From Candidatus Gastranaerophilales bacterium (lineage in GTDB: Bacteria > Cyanobacteriota > Vampirovibrionia > Gastranaerophilales > Gastranaerophilaceae): a stretch of 64,000 nucleotides of DNA. The DNA lies in contig OZ007029.1 in NCBI GenBank assembly GCA_963931575.1, positions 189,694-253,693 of the forward strand. The letters run 5' to 3'. This document shows, in pieces, positions 45,146-54,848 of this stretch. A program made the translations under genes and the position numbers. How positions within the stretch are numbered: the stretch's first letter is position 1; each line of letters opens with the position of its first letter. The notes beneath the pieces were generated by a model. That model was not told the origin of the DNA. It worked only from the letters and a program-made list of their open reading frames with translations, and searched no databases.

Positions 45146-46312
45146 ATGCAGGGGGGGGGGGGGAGCGCTGAGCCGGCCGCTGAGCGGCATCCACAAAGCG
45201 ATCCGTGCAAGAAATTAAATGTCATCCTGAACCGCGAGCGAAGCGAGCGTGATTCAGGATCTGTCCCACGTTACGAACAGGTATCCAACATTGGCCAGAC
45301 CCTGAAACGAGTTCAGGGTGACAAATTTTTGTCATTGCGTGTCGGTTTTACCATGGCAGAAATCCTATTATCCCTCACTATAATAGGCGTTGTTGCGGCG
45401 ATAACGCTTCCGTCACTTACCGGCAACATCAATGAGCGGACATGGAACACACAACGCAAAGCCCTTTATGCGCGTTTTAGTCAGGCAATTGCTTTAATGC
45501 CTGCGCTTAATGGTTATGGTACATTAAGAGAAAATACTGACAGTGCGGGTTCAACTTCCATTGAGGACACTGCGGCAGAAACTTTTATTACTGCCGGACT
45601 TTCAAAAGTCCTTAAGATAAATAATATTTGTGACAATGAGCATTTAGAAGATTGCGGCATTGCGTCAAAATTTACTGATATGAAAGGCAATACTGTATCA
45701 ATTCCGCTCAAGATGTCAGAATTAAATTCAAAAATGACGTCTGTTTCTTATTGGTCGAGTAGTCTTAATACGAATATTTATTATAGTACTATTGATACAA
45801 AGGCTGCGGCTTTTGAAACGCAAAACGGAGAAAGTATCCTATTATTTTATCAGCCGGTTTGTGTTTCAAATATGGGTGAAACGGGTAGATATAATGTTCA
45901 GCCTAAAGTATGTGCAAATATGATATATGACCTTAACGGAACAAAAGGGCCGAATACTTTTGGAAAAGATATAGGAATCTTGACGGTATTATATCCTTCT
46001 GATAGCGTTGTTGTTGCACCGGTGCCATTTAATACCAAATTTGACAGCGTTCCGGCTGAGGAGGCAAGTAATGTTTGTACAACCAGAACGGGTGAAGATT
46101 ATAGAATTCCATCAAAGGATGAAGTAATTTCCCTATTTGTTAATAAGGATATTATAGGCTTTGAAGAGGGTGACAGCCATTTATTTTCGTCTTCTAAGCT
46201 TGTAACATCTTCCGGTTATATTACCAACTGGGTTTTATATTTAGGAAGCGGTGAATTTAGAATTCCGGTCGCCGGCGATCCGTGGGGTGTTTTATGCGTC
46301 AAACGAAATTAA
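45146..46312 (+). CDS. pilin-like adhesin paralogue 3 (frame open from the poly-G tract)
   Basis: RVGFTMAEILLSLTIIGVVAAITLPSL; DLNGTKGPNT; C-terminal YRIPSKDEVISLF...GVLCVKRN. Confidence 0.7.
   Translation: MQGGGGSAEPAAERHPQSDPCKKLNVILNRERSERDSGSVPRYEQVSNIGQTLKRVQGDKFLSLRVGFTMAEILLSLTIIGVVAAITLPSLTGNINERTWNTQRKALYARFSQAIALMPALNGYGTLRENTDSAGSTSIEDTAAETFITAGLSKVLKINNICDNEHLEDCGIASKFTDMKGNTVSIPLKMSELNSKMTSVSYWSSSLNTNIYYSTIDTKAAAFETQNGESILLFYQPVCVSNMGETGRYNVQPKVCANMIYDLNGTKGPNTFGKDIGILTVLYPSDSVVVAPVPFNTKFDSVPAEEASNVCTTRTGEDYRIPSKDEVISLFVNKDIIGFEEGDSHLFSSSKLVTSSGYITNWVLYLGSGEFRIPVAGDPWGVLCVKRN
45151..45163 (+). repeat. Poly-G tract, G13, after SD-ATG 45121 (out of frame; -1 or +2 G needed)
   Basis: Counted directly. 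The ATG 45121 frame gives MKKRIVSMYAGGGGGALSRPLSGIHKAIRARN*. Confidence 0.9.
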
Positions 46313-46313
46313 G

Positions 46314-46335
46314 AACGGCGGGGATACCCGCCGTT
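46314..46335. terminator. Bidirectional terminator (paralogue 3 / ychF)
   Basis: aacggcggg-gata-cccgccgtt followed by TTTTT. Confidence 0.75.
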
Positions 46336-46340
46336 TTTTC

Positions 46341-47438
46341 TTACACAGCAAATCTAAAGTGGACGATGTCGCCGTCTTGAACCACGTAATCTTTTCCTTC
46401 CAAACGGGTTACGCCTTTTTCTTTGCACGCAACGTAGGAGCCAAGTTCGGCAAAATCTTTGTATGGCGTGATTTCTGCGCGGATAAATCCTTTTTCAAAG
46501 TCGGTATGAATAACACCTGCCGCCTGCGGCGCTTTGGCGCCTGCCGGAATGGTCCAGGCGTGAACTTCTTTTTCGCCTGCGGTGATAAAGGTTCTCAGGT
46601 TCAACAATTTATATACGGATTTAATCATTTTGTTAATACCGCTATCCTCAACACCCAGTTCGGCAAGGTATTCCTTTGCTTCCTCCGGACCGAGTTCGGC
46701 AAGTTCTTCCTCTATACGTGCAGAAATTATTACTGTTTCAGCACCGTGCGATTTAGCATATTCTTCAACCTGTTTTGTGTAAGCGTTGCCGTCTTTGATG
46801 TCTGTTTCCGCAACATTTGCAACGTAAATCACAGGTTTGGTCGACATAAGATTAAGCATTTTGGCTACAGGAATTTCGTCCTCTTCAAAATGATCTTTCA
46901 AATTAATGAATGAGCTTTCGTTCAACAATTCTGAGAGTTTATTCAAAACTTTTTCTTCTAAAATTGCGTCTTTGTCGCCGCTTTTTGCCTGTTTTGAGAT
47001 ACGTGCAAGACGTTTTTCAACAGATGCAAGGTCAGCAAGCGCAAGTTCGGTGTTAATTGTTTCAATATCGTCAAGAGGGTTAACTTTTCCGGCTACGTGG
47101 ATGGTGTTTTCATCGTCAAAACATCTTACGACCTGAATGATAGCGTCAACTTCACGTATGTTGTGCAGAAACTGGTTGCCCAGACCTTCGCCTTTGCTTG
47201 CGCCTTTTACAAGCCCTGCAATGTCAACAAATTCAATCGCTGTCGGGATAATTTCCTGTGTTTTGCATAGTTTTGCCAGAACTTCAAGTCTTTCATCCGG
47301 AACGTTAACCACGCCCACGTTAGGTTCAATGGTGCAGAACGGATAATTTGCGCTCTGAGCGTTCTTTGCGCTGGTCAGCGCGTTGAATAATGTTGATTTC
47401 CCGACATTCGGAAGTCCTACTATACCTGTCCTTAACAT
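46341..47438 (-). CDS. ychF: redox-regulated ATPase YchF
   Basis: [29 protein letters not shown]-terminal DGDIVHFRF. Confidence 0.9.
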   Translation of the reverse strand: MLRTGIVGLPNVGKSTLFNALTSAKNAQSANYPFCTIEPNVGVVNVPDERLEVLAKLCKTQEIIPTAIEFVDIAGLVKGASKGEGLGNQFLHNIREVDAIIQVVRCFDDENTIHVAGKVNPLDDIETINTELALADLASVEKRLARISKQAKSGDKDAILEEKVLNKLSELLNESSFINLKDHFEEDEIPVAKMLNLMSTKPVIYVANVAETDIKDGNAYTKQVEEYAKSHGAETVIISARIEEELAELGPEEAKEYLAELGVEDSGINKMIKSVYKLLNLRTFITAGEKEVHAWTIPAGAKAPQAAGVIHTDFEKGFIRAEITPYKDFAELGSYVACKEKGVTRLEGKDYVVQDGDIVHFRFAV

Positions 47439-47453
47439 ATTTTATATTTCCTT

Positions 47454-50108
47454 CTATTCTTCTTCTTTATCTTCTATCATTTCTTCAACAGGGTTGTTCA
47501 TAATCTGAATCCCGAATTTCATACGGAATAAATATTTTACTGTTTCGCCCTGAATTTCGTACATCATTTTGTTGAATAAATCGTACGCTTCTTTTTTGTA
47601 TTCAATGAGCGGGTCTTTTTGACCGTATGCGCGAAGTCCGATGCTGTCACGAACCATGTCGATGTTGTGAAGGTGGTCAATCCATTTTGCGTCAATTGTT
47701 TTGAGCAGAATATCGCGTTCCAGACCTCTTACCATGTTGTCATCCGTAAACGGTTGCTGCGGCATAAAATTCGGGTCATATTTGCTCAAAACGCTGTTGT
47801 AGAAATTGATTAAAGATGCTTCGTGCGTTTTGTAAGCATCAATTGCAAGATCTTTAATCTTTTCGTAAATCGCGTCAAATTTTAGCCCTTGAATATCGTG
47901 AACATCAAGCTGCGAAAGCTGTGGGATTGTTGAGTGAATTTCCTTAATCATTGTTGTCAAATCGTCAAAGATGTATTCATCAGGTGTCATTCCCGGTGCG
48001 ATGTAGCTGCGCAGAATTCTGTCCGTTTCGCGCTCAATCATATACTGAATATCGCCGGAGAGGTTTTTGCCAAAAAGAACCTTGCGGCGCTGCGCGTAAA
48101 ATTTTTCACGCTGAATATTCATAACATCGTCATATTCAAGAACGTGTTTTCTTATGTCAAAGTGGTAGGTTTCAACTTTTTTCTGTGCGGATTCAATTTG
48201 TTTTGTGATTAACGGCGATTCGATTTCCATTGTTTCGTCTATGTTGAGCATATTCATGACAGCTGTAATTTTGTCGCCGCCAAATATTCTCATCAGGTTA
48301 TCTTCCAGAGAAAGGAAGAATCTTGTCGAACCCGGGTCGCCCTGACGTGCGGCACGACCGCGCAGCTGGTTATCAATACGGCGTGATTCGTGGCGTTCCG
48401 TACCTATTACGTGTAAACCGCCAAGTTTTACTACTTCTGCGTGTTCGGCCTCGGTAATTTTTCTTGCGTCATCAAGCGCGGCGTTTTTCAATTTTTCATA
48501 ATCAGGATGTTCAGGAGTAATTCCTTTGCTGTCCAGATTTTCTTTTGCCATAAATTCTGCGTTACCGCCTAAGAGAATATCTGTTCCGCGGCCTGCCATG
48601 TTGGTTGCAATAGTAACGGCGCCTTTCCGCCCGGCCTGTGCAATGATATAAGCTTCTCGTTCGTGTTGTTTTGCGTTTAAGACATTGTGTTTGATACCGC
48701 GACGTTTGAGAAGTTCGGATACAAACTCTGACTTCTCAATACTTATCGTACCGACCAGAACAGGTCTGCCGGTTTCGTGAATCGCAGCAATTTCCTCAAC
48801 TGCCGCAAGATATTTTTGAAGCTCGGTTTTGTAAATTTTATCCGGATAATTAATTCTGATATCAGGTTTGTTGGTTGGAATAACCGTAACTTCAAGATTG
48901 TAAATCTTTCCGAATTCAGCTTCCTCGGTCATTGCTGTACCTGTCATACCTGAAAGTTTCGGATAAAGTCTGAATAGGTTCTGATATGTAATGCTTGCCA
49001 GAGTTTGCGTTTCGTCCTGAATTTTTACGCCTTCTTTTGCTTCCAGCGCCTGATGTAAGCCTTCTGACCAACGTCTGCCCTCCATAATACGGCCGGTAAA
49101 TTCGTCAACAATCTGAACTTCACCGTTTTTGACAACGTAATCAGTATCACGGATGTAGAGTTCTTTTGCCTTAAGTGCCTGCAAAAGGTGGTGCGCGTAC
49201 TGGGTCGAAACATCAAATAGATCTGTTACGCCTAAAAGTTCCTGCGCATGGTCAATACCGTCCTCGGTCAGGATAACGTTTTTATTCTTTTCATCAACCT
49301 CGTAATCTTTTATTTTTTCAAGCTGCGGTGCAATTTTTGCCATTAAAAGATAAGTTTCTGCCGATTTTTCAAGGCGACCGCTTATGATTAAAGGTGTTCT
49401 TGCTTCGTCAATCAAAATGCTGTCGACTTCGTCGATAATTGCATAGTTATACGGGCGTTGAACAAGCATGTTTTTATCCTGTGCCATGTTGTCGCGCAGG
49501 TAGTCAAAACCAAATTCGTTGTTTGTTCCGTACGTAATATCGCAGTTGTAAGCGCGGCGTTTTTGTTCGTATTCATCAGCCCCGCGAACCCCTGAGAGAA
49601 CAACGCCGACCGTTAAACCTAAAAATTCATAAATTTTTCCCATCCACTCGCTGTCACGTTTTGCAAGGTAATCGTTTACCGTGACAACGTGAACACCTTT
49701 GCCCGTAAGTGCATTAAGATATGCAGGAAGCGTTGCAACAAGAGTTTTACCTTCACCGGTTCTCATCTCAGTGATGTGTCCGTTGTGAAGAAAGTACCCG
49801 CCGATTAACTGAACGTCAAAGTGCCGCATATTCAAAACTCTTTTGCCGGCTTCTCTGACTGTCGCAAAAGCTTCCGGAAGAATTTTGTCCAGAGCTTCTT
49901 TTTCAAGCTTTCTGTCGGTCATAAAATCGTCTGACGTTTTGCGTTTCGCTAAAATCTCTTTAAACTCTGTTGTTTTTGCGCGGAGTTCCTCATCTGTCAT
50001 TTCTGCAAATTGCGGCTCAAGTGCGTTAATATGTTCTATTATGCCCATTATATTTTTAATTTTGCGTTCGTTGGGATCACCCAGCAATTTTAATAGTAAA
50101 CCTATCAT
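47454..50108 (-). CDS. secA: preprotein translocase ATPase SecA
   Basis: [47 protein letters not shown] 50108 follows GGAGAGG. Confidence 0.95.
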   Translation of the reverse strand: MIGLLLKLLGDPNERKIKNIMGIIEHINALEPQFAEMTDEELRAKTTEFKEILAKRKTSDDFMTDRKLEKEALDKILPEAFATVREAGKRVLNMRHFDVQLIGGYFLHNGHITEMRTGEGKTLVATLPAYLNALTGKGVHVVTVNDYLAKRDSEWMGKIYEFLGLTVGVVLSGVRGADEYEQKRRAYNCDITYGTNNEFGFDYLRDNMAQDKNMLVQRPYNYAIIDEVDSILIDEARTPLIISGRLEKSAETYLLMAKIAPQLEKIKDYEVDEKNKNVILTEDGIDHAQELLGVTDLFDVSTQYAHHLLQALKAKELYIRDTDYVVKNGEVQIVDEFTGRIMEGRRWSEGLHQALEAKEGVKIQDETQTLASITYQNLFRLYPKLSGMTGTAMTEEAEFGKIYNLEVTVIPTNKPDIRINYPDKIYKTELQKYLAAVEEIAAIHETGRPVLVGTISIEKSEFVSELLKRRGIKHNVLNAKQHEREAYIIAQAGRKGAVTIATNMAGRGTDILLGGNAEFMAKENLDSKGITPEHPDYEKLKNAALDDARKITEAEHAEVVKLGGLHVIGTERHESRRIDNQLRGRAARQGDPGSTRFFLSLEDNLMRIFGGDKITAVMNMLNIDETMEIESPLITKQIESAQKKVETYHFDIRKHVLEYDDVMNIQREKFYAQRRKVLFGKNLSGDIQYMIERETDRILRSYIAPGMTPDEYIFDDLTTMIKEIHSTIPQLSQLDVHDIQGLKFDAIYEKIKDLAIDAYKTHEASLINFYNSVLSKYDPNFMPQQPFTDDNMVRGLERDILLKTIDAKWIDHLHNIDMVRDSIGLRAYGQKDPLIEYKKEAYDLFNKMMYEIQGETVKYLFRMKFGIQIMNNPVEEMIEDKEEE

Positions 50109-50175
50109 TTTTCCTCTCCAAATTGTGTCTGTTAAGTTTATAATAGCATGGACATGAAAAAATAGTATTATAGTA

Positions 50176-50204
50176 TTGACTAAACTCGTAAAATCGTACA
50201 TAAT
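50176..50204 (+). promoter_or_regulatory. Promoter of pilin paralogue 4
   Basis: TTGACT-17 bp-CATAAT; the -35 lies 68 bp from the divergent secA start. Confidence 0.7.
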
Positions 50205-50208
50205 GAAG

Positions 50209-50282
50209 AAGGCAATAAGAGAACAAGGCAATGAGTCGTTATAACCAAATGGAAGAAAAAAAGAATAGTCCTATTGCCTTAT
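50209..50282 (+). repeat. AT-rich GGCAATAAG inverted-repeat leader (copy 4, shortest)
   Basis: aaggcaataagagaacaaggcaatgag ... ctattgccttat. Confidence 0.8.
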
Positions 50283-50366
50283 GCTAAAGTAGGTTGGGCT
50301 TGCCAGCCCAACACAATAAAAAGAAAGGATAGAAGAAATGAAAAGACGAGGTGTAAAGATTATGAC

Positions 50367-50380
50367 GGGGGGGGGGGGGG
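50367..50380 (+). repeat. Poly-G tract, G14, after SD-ATG 50338 (out of frame; -1 or +2 G needed)
   Basis: Counted directly. The ATG 50338 frame gives MKRRGVKIMTGGGGEFLTRKIRY*. Confidence 0.9.
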
Positions 50381-50518
50381 AGTTCCTTACCCGCAAAATT
50401 AGGTATTGAGGATGTTAGTTCCCCATGTCATGCTGAACTTGTTTCAGCATCTGTTCCACGTTACGAGCGGGTATCCTACGTTGGCCAGACCCTGAATCAA
50501 GTTCAGGGTGACAAAAAT

Positions 50519-51502
50519 ATGCAATGTGTCCGTAAGTGTCTACCGTCATTGCGAGCCGCATTCACAATGGCAGAGATTCTGTTATCCCTGACAATTATCG
50601 GTGTGGTGGCGGCGATAACGTTACCGAGCCTTACGGGAAACATAAATGAGCGTACGTGGAACACGCAAAGAAAAGCGCTTTATGCGCGGTTTTCACAGGC
50701 AATTGCCCTAATGCCGGCACTCAATGGTTATGGTACTTTAAGAGAAAATACTGACAGCGCAGGTTCAACCTCAATAGAAGATAATGCCGCCGAAACCTTT
50801 ATAACCGGCGGGCTGTCAAAAGTTCTTAAAATTAACAATATATGCGACAGTGACCACCTCGCGGATTGCGGCATTGCTTCAAAGTTTACTGACTTGAACG
50901 GTAATCAGAAGATTATTCCTGCCGATATGCTAACGCTGAATTCCGTAATGATAAATACTACAATTTCAACAGCATCAGGTTTTTCATCTTCATATTCAAC
51001 ATTAAATACAAAGGCTGCCGCGTTTGAAACTGCAAACGGCGAGAGTATTCTCACTTTCTATAATCCTAATTGTGTATCTAACGGGAATGAAAATGAATGG
51101 CATTTTGTACAACCTCTTATTTGTGCAAACTTTGTCTATGACCTGAACGGGAACAAAGGCCCGAATACTGTTGGAAAAGATATTGGATTTATTTCTGTTT
51201 TGAATTCCAGTGACAGTATTGTTGTTGCACCCGTACCTTATAATCATAAAGTCGGAGAATCCTTGACTCCTCAGGAAGCAATTTCTGCCTGCGCTGCTAA
51301 TAATCGTGAACATCGGCTGCCAAATAAAGATGAAGCAGCCTCCTTGTTTGTTAACCAATTCTTTTTAGGATTGTCTTATGATAACTTTGTGACAAGTTCT
51401 AAAAAAGATGCGGATAGCTACTGGTATCAAGGATTTCAAACAGGTATGAGAAATTTTGATCATTCTTATGCAAGCGGTAATGTATTATGTATTTACAGAT
51501 AA
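50519..51502 (+). CDS. pilin-like adhesin paralogue 4; the same frame is stop-free back to the poly-G tract at 50381
   Basis: MQCVRKCLPSLRAAFTMAEILLSLTIIGVVAAITLPSL; DLNGNKGPNT; C-terminal HRLPNKDEAASLF...VLCIYR. Confidence 0.75.
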   Translation: MQCVRKCLPSLRAAFTMAEILLSLTIIGVVAAITLPSLTGNINERTWNTQRKALYARFSQAIALMPALNGYGTLRENTDSAGSTSIEDNAAETFITGGLSKVLKINNICDSDHLADCGIASKFTDLNGNQKIIPADMLTLNSVMINTTISTASGFSSSYSTLNTKAAAFETANGESILTFYNPNCVSNGNENEWHFVQPLICANFVYDLNGNKGPNTVGKDIGFISVLNSSDSIVVAPVPYNHKVGESLTPQEAISACAANNREHRLPNKDEAASLFVNQFFLGLSYDNFVTSSKKDADSYWYQGFQTGMRNFDHSYASGNVLCIYR

Positions 51503-51505
51503 ACG

Positions 51506-51535
51506 GAAATGCGCGGGCAAAAGCCCGCGCATTTC
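51506..51535 (+). terminator. Terminator of paralogue 4
   Basis: gaaatgcgcgggc-aaaa-gcccgcgcatttc followed by a T-run. Confidence 0.8.
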
Positions 51536-51558
51536 GCTTTTTAAGTTTTATTATTGAA

Positions 51559-52317
51559 CTATACCAATTCCAAAACTTCTTGTTTGTTTTTAGCAGCGAT
51601 TTCAACGATTGATTTGATTGTTGCTATCATTGAAAGCTCTGAGTTCAATTTGTTTACGCAAGAACCAACGCCGATTGCGCTTGCACCTGCCGCAAATGCA
51701 AACGGTGCTGTTGTTGAGTTGATGCCGGTTGCTGTCATAATCGGCATATCTATGTTTCTTGAAAGTTCGATTGTGTTTGACAGGGTTAATTCTGCTCTGT
51801 TCATCAAGCCTCTTACACCGTCAAGGTTTTCTCTGTTAGTGTAATGACCTTCTGTTTGGATTAAGTCAATTCCCATATATTCAAGTTTTCTTGCCAATTC
51901 AATTTGATCAGCTACAGAAATTTCACCAGGAATTGTTACAGAGAAAAATACTCTTTTGCCGCCAAGTAAAGATAAAGTTTCTTTAACAAGATTCATTACT
52001 TCATCTGCTGAGAATGACATGCCTTTTTTGTAAAGCGCATCAAAGTTGCCTAATTCAATGGCATCAGCGCCGAGTTCAACCGCTCTTGCAAGTTCTGCCG
52101 GAACTACTGATGATACAAATAAAGGTAATTCTGTCATTTCTCTTACTTCAGAGATAATTTCTTCATCTGCGCAGATGTCAACAGCGCTTGCGCCTGCAAC
52201 CTGTGCGGATGAAACAACTTTTTTAATGTTTTCAATATCAAAGTTATCAATACCCGCGATAACTTTTACTGCTCTTTTTTCGATTAAATGCTGTCTAAAT
52301 AATTCAATTCTGGACAT
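51559..52317 (-). CDS. DUF561 / Ycf23-like TIM-barrel protein
   Basis: KVIAGIDNFD...GASAVDICAD...ELGNFDALY...IDLIQTEG matches the Ycf23 pattern as I remember it. Confidence 0.55.
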   Translation of the reverse strand: MSRIELFRQHLIEKRAVKVIAGIDNFDIENIKKVVSSAQVAGASAVDICADEEIISEVREMTELPLFVSSVVPAELARAVELGADAIELGNFDALYKKGMSFSADEVMNLVKETLSLLGGKRVFFSVTIPGEISVADQIELARKLEYMGIDLIQTEGHYTNRENLDGVRGLMNRAELTLSNTIELSRNIDMPIMTATGINSTTAPFAFAAGASAIGVGSCVNKLNSELSMIATIKSIVEIAAKNKQEVLELV

Positions 52318-52455
52318 TTTTTAATTTCTCCTACTTTCATGAAGTGTACTTTTAACACAAGTATACATTAAAACTTTAATAATTACAAGAATATATCTTT
52401 ACAATATTAAAATACCTATTTTATAACATTATAACACGCGTAAAAATGGAGTTGT

Positions 52456-53124
52456 ATGAGGGTGAAAAAAATGAGAAAATACGTGTTATTGATAATAAGT
52501 ATGCTGTTTTTTTCTATAGGGCAGGTTTTTGCATATACCGCCGAAGAGGAGGTTTACATTTCGGTTTACGAAAATATAAACCCTGCGATTGTGACCATTG
52601 ACGGGATAATTTCGGACGGGTTTACTGCCGGAACCGGATGTATAATTAACCCGAACGGAACAATTTTGACCGGTTCGCATGTGGTTTCGCAAACCAAGGA
52701 GCTTGAGGTGACAACCTATGACGGCAAAGTTTATAAGGCAAAAGTCCTCGACAATATGGGGAAAAATAAAGATTTGGCAATTATAAAAATTGAGCCGAAA
52801 GGAAAACTTAAAACTGTTAAATTCGGCGACTCTGACGGTTTGAAAATCGGGCAGAGGGTTTTGACGATTGGCAATCCTTTCGGGTTCTCGGGAACGCTCA
52901 CGCAGGGAATAATTTCAAGAATTGATTATGCAAAAGGAAAAATTCAGACTGATGCGGCGATAAATCCGGGGTGCTCGGGCGGCCCGCTTTTGAATACATC
53001 GGGTGAGGTTATCGGGATTAACCAATCCATATACAATCCGGACAATAATATTTCAAATATCGGTATAGGTTTTGCAATTCCGATTAATGATGCGAAAAAG
53101 TATATTGCAAAATATAGTGAATAA
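52456..53124 (+). CDS. secreted trypsin-like (S1C) serine protease without a PDZ domain
   Basis: Signal peptide. GSHVV (His), DLAIIKI (Asp), NPGCSGGPLLN (Ser). Confidence 0.8.
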   Translation: MRVKKMRKYVLLIISMLFFSIGQVFAYTAEEEVYISVYENINPAIVTIDGIISDGFTAGTGCIINPNGTILTGSHVVSQTKELEVTTYDGKVYKAKVLDNMGKNKDLAIIKIEPKGKLKTVKFGDSDGLKIGQRVLTIGNPFGFSGTLTQGIISRIDYAKGKIQTDAAINPGCSGGPLLNTSGEVIGINQSIYNPDNNISNIGIGFAIPINDAKKYIAKYSE

Positions 53125-53127
53125 AGG

Positions 53128-53155
53128 AATGCGGCAGCCGTGCTGCTGCCGCATT
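53128..53155. terminator. Bidirectional terminator (protease / paralogue 5)
   Basis: aatgcggcagc...gctgccgcatt palindrome. Confidence 0.7.
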
Positions 53156-53162
53156 TATCCAA

Positions 53163-54332
53163 TCATCGCTTTACGCACATTACCTGATGCTCATAATTTC
53201 GTGGATCGGGTGAAACCTGCGCTGCTGCGAAATACATTCTCCAAACTCTGATTTCTCCGTTCCATTCGGTCATTGCACTTGTCCAATATGCACCGGAGAG
53301 GCTTTCGCCTAATAAAGTCCGGTTGTAACTCAACGAAATAGATTCTTCCAGATTAGATAACCTGCTTTCGGAATCCCGTTCCCGACATATTTCCGCTGCG
53401 TCATAGTAGTTTACGCTTGTTGGGCTGTTATATACAAGCACCGGAGCTACAACAACCGGATCAGAAGGATAAAGTATTGTTATAAAGCCCATGTCTTTAC
53501 CAACGGTATTTGGTCCTTTTGTGCCGTTTAAATCATAAACAAGATTTGCGCACATTTTCGGCTGTGTATAATATGAGGATTGTTCATCCATTTTTGCGGA
53601 GCAGTAGGGGTTATAGTAAGCAACGATACTTTCGCCGTTGGCTGTTTCAAAAGCGGCTGCAACGGTGTCAAGCTGGGAAAGATATGAATACGAATTCCCG
53701 TTACTATCAACAATATCAGAGGCGTAAAATGCAGGGTTAAACTCGCGGATTGTTTTAGGGAAAGAGCTTATGGTGCTGCCGGCAAAGGTTGTGAATTTCG
53801 TTGGAATGCCGCAATCTTCAAGGTGATCAGAATCGCAGATGTTGTTAATTTTTAAAACTTTACTTAAACCGGCAGTTACAAAGGTTTCGGCAGCAGTGTC
53901 GACGGCGGAGGTTGAGGAATCCCCTTCCGTAACTGTTCCGTAACCGTTTAATGATGGCATCAGGGCAATTGCCTGCGACATGCGGGCATAGAGGGCTTTT
54001 CTCTGCGTGTTCCACGTTCTCTCGTTGATGTTTCCGGTAAGACTTGGTAAGGTAATCGCCGCAACTACACCGATTATCGTGAGGGAGAGTAAAATCTCAG
54101 CCATAGTGAACGCTGCGTTTTTAATCGGATCCAATTGTAGAACCGACTCAGTCGGTGTCATCCCGAATTTATTTCGGGATCTGTCCAACAATACCGACAG
54201 CACGCCATGCTGGATAGATCCTGAATCTGTCTTGGATTTGCTCCACGCTCGCAGAGTTTCGCCTAAGGAGCTTTGCTCCAACCGGCTCAATCTGCTCGCT
54301 ATACGGCTTTCACTTTGTTCAGCCGTACGCAA
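53163..54332 (-). CDS. pilin-like adhesin paralogue 5; the same frame is stop-free up to the poly-G tract at 54416
   Basis: NAAFTMAEILLSLTIIGVVAAITLPSL; DLNGTKGPNT; C-terminal SRLSNLEESISLS...AYWTSA...VMCVKR. Confidence 0.7.
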   Translation of the reverse strand: MRTAEQSESRIASRLSRLEQSSLGETLRAWSKSKTDSGSIQHGVLSVLLDRSRNKFGMTPTESVLQLDPIKNAAFTMAEILLSLTIIGVVAAITLPSLTGNINERTWNTQRKALYARMSQAIALMPSLNGYGTVTEGDSSTSAVDTAAETFVTAGLSKVLKINNICDSDHLEDCGIPTKFTTFAGSTISSFPKTIREFNPAFYASDIVDSNGNSYSYLSQLDTVAAAFETANGESIVAYYNPYCSAKMDEQSSYYTQPKMCANLVYDLNGTKGPNTVGKDMGFITILYPSDPVVVAPVLVYNSPTSVNYYDAAEICRERDSESRLSNLEESISLSYNRTLLGESLSGAYWTSAMTEWNGEIRVWRMYFAAAQVSPDPRNYEHQVMCVKR

Positions 54333-54416
54333 ATCCGCAAGTTCAGGATGACAGTTAAATTTTACGTAGTCCGTGAGCTCGTAGGCCCATTGTGGCTGTC
54401 GACTCAGTCGACTTTG

Positions 54417-54428
54417 CCCCCCCCCCCC
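54417..54428 (-). repeat. Poly-G tract, G12 (C12 on the plus strand), after SD-ATG 54477 (out of frame; -1 or +2 G needed)
   Basis: Counted directly. There are 61 nt from the ATG to the first base after the tract. Confidence 0.9.
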
Positions 54429-54498
54429 TCGGTGGAATGCCCGTACTACAAGGGTTTTCAGCTTCTAAATTTTTCATCGTTTCTATCCTTTCTTTATC

Positions 54499-54599
54499 AT
54501 AAGGCAATAGGTCAATATGGCATTAGGGCAATAGGACTTTTTATTTTTCATTTGGTCATAACGACTCATTGCCTTATTCACTTATTGCCTTATTGCCTC
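54499..54599 (-). repeat. AT-rich GGCAATAAG inverted-repeat leader (copy 5)
   Basis: Minus strand reads gaggcaataaggcaataagtgaataaggcaatgag ... ctattgccctaatgccatattgacctattgccttat. Confidence 0.8.
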
Positions 54600-54603
54600 T
54601 TTC

Positions 54604-54632
54604 ATTATGCACGATTTTTTGCTTTACGTCAA
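54604..54632 (-). promoter_or_regulatory. Promoter of pilin paralogue 5
   Basis: Minus strand TTGACG-17 bp-CATAAT. Confidence 0.65.
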
Positions 54633-54822
54633 TAGCTACCATAATGTTAATTTTTGTAACAAAAATAACAAACTCTGAAATTCAAGTGGTGGTATATGCT
54701 TTATATATATGAGAGAGTTAAAAGGCTAATCGTTACGGTTTAACGATAAGCCAAATCAAGAAACCGCCTTGACCGGCGGGAGTTTATATTCCTTATTCCT
54801 ATTTCCTAAACAAAATTTAAAA

Positions 54823-54840
54823 ACCCCGTAACTACGGGGC
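54823..54840 (-). terminator. Terminator of the uridine-kinase-like gene
   Basis: ccccgta-ac-tacgggg with a T-run on the minus strand. Confidence 0.6.
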
Positions 54841-54848
54841 TTTTCTTT

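Noticed and set aside
46251-46913. 220-aa plus-strand ORF
   Set aside because: It is entirely antisense to the well-supported ychF gene. It is Phe/Cys/Arg-rich with no start context.
54007-54635. Plus-strand ORFs (114 and 120 aa) antisense to paralogue 5 and its leader; similar MFHVRSL... ORFs lie antisense to copies 1 and 2
   Set aside because: They mirror the conserved pilin N-terminus and the GC-rich leader. They are conserved only because the sense strand is conserved.
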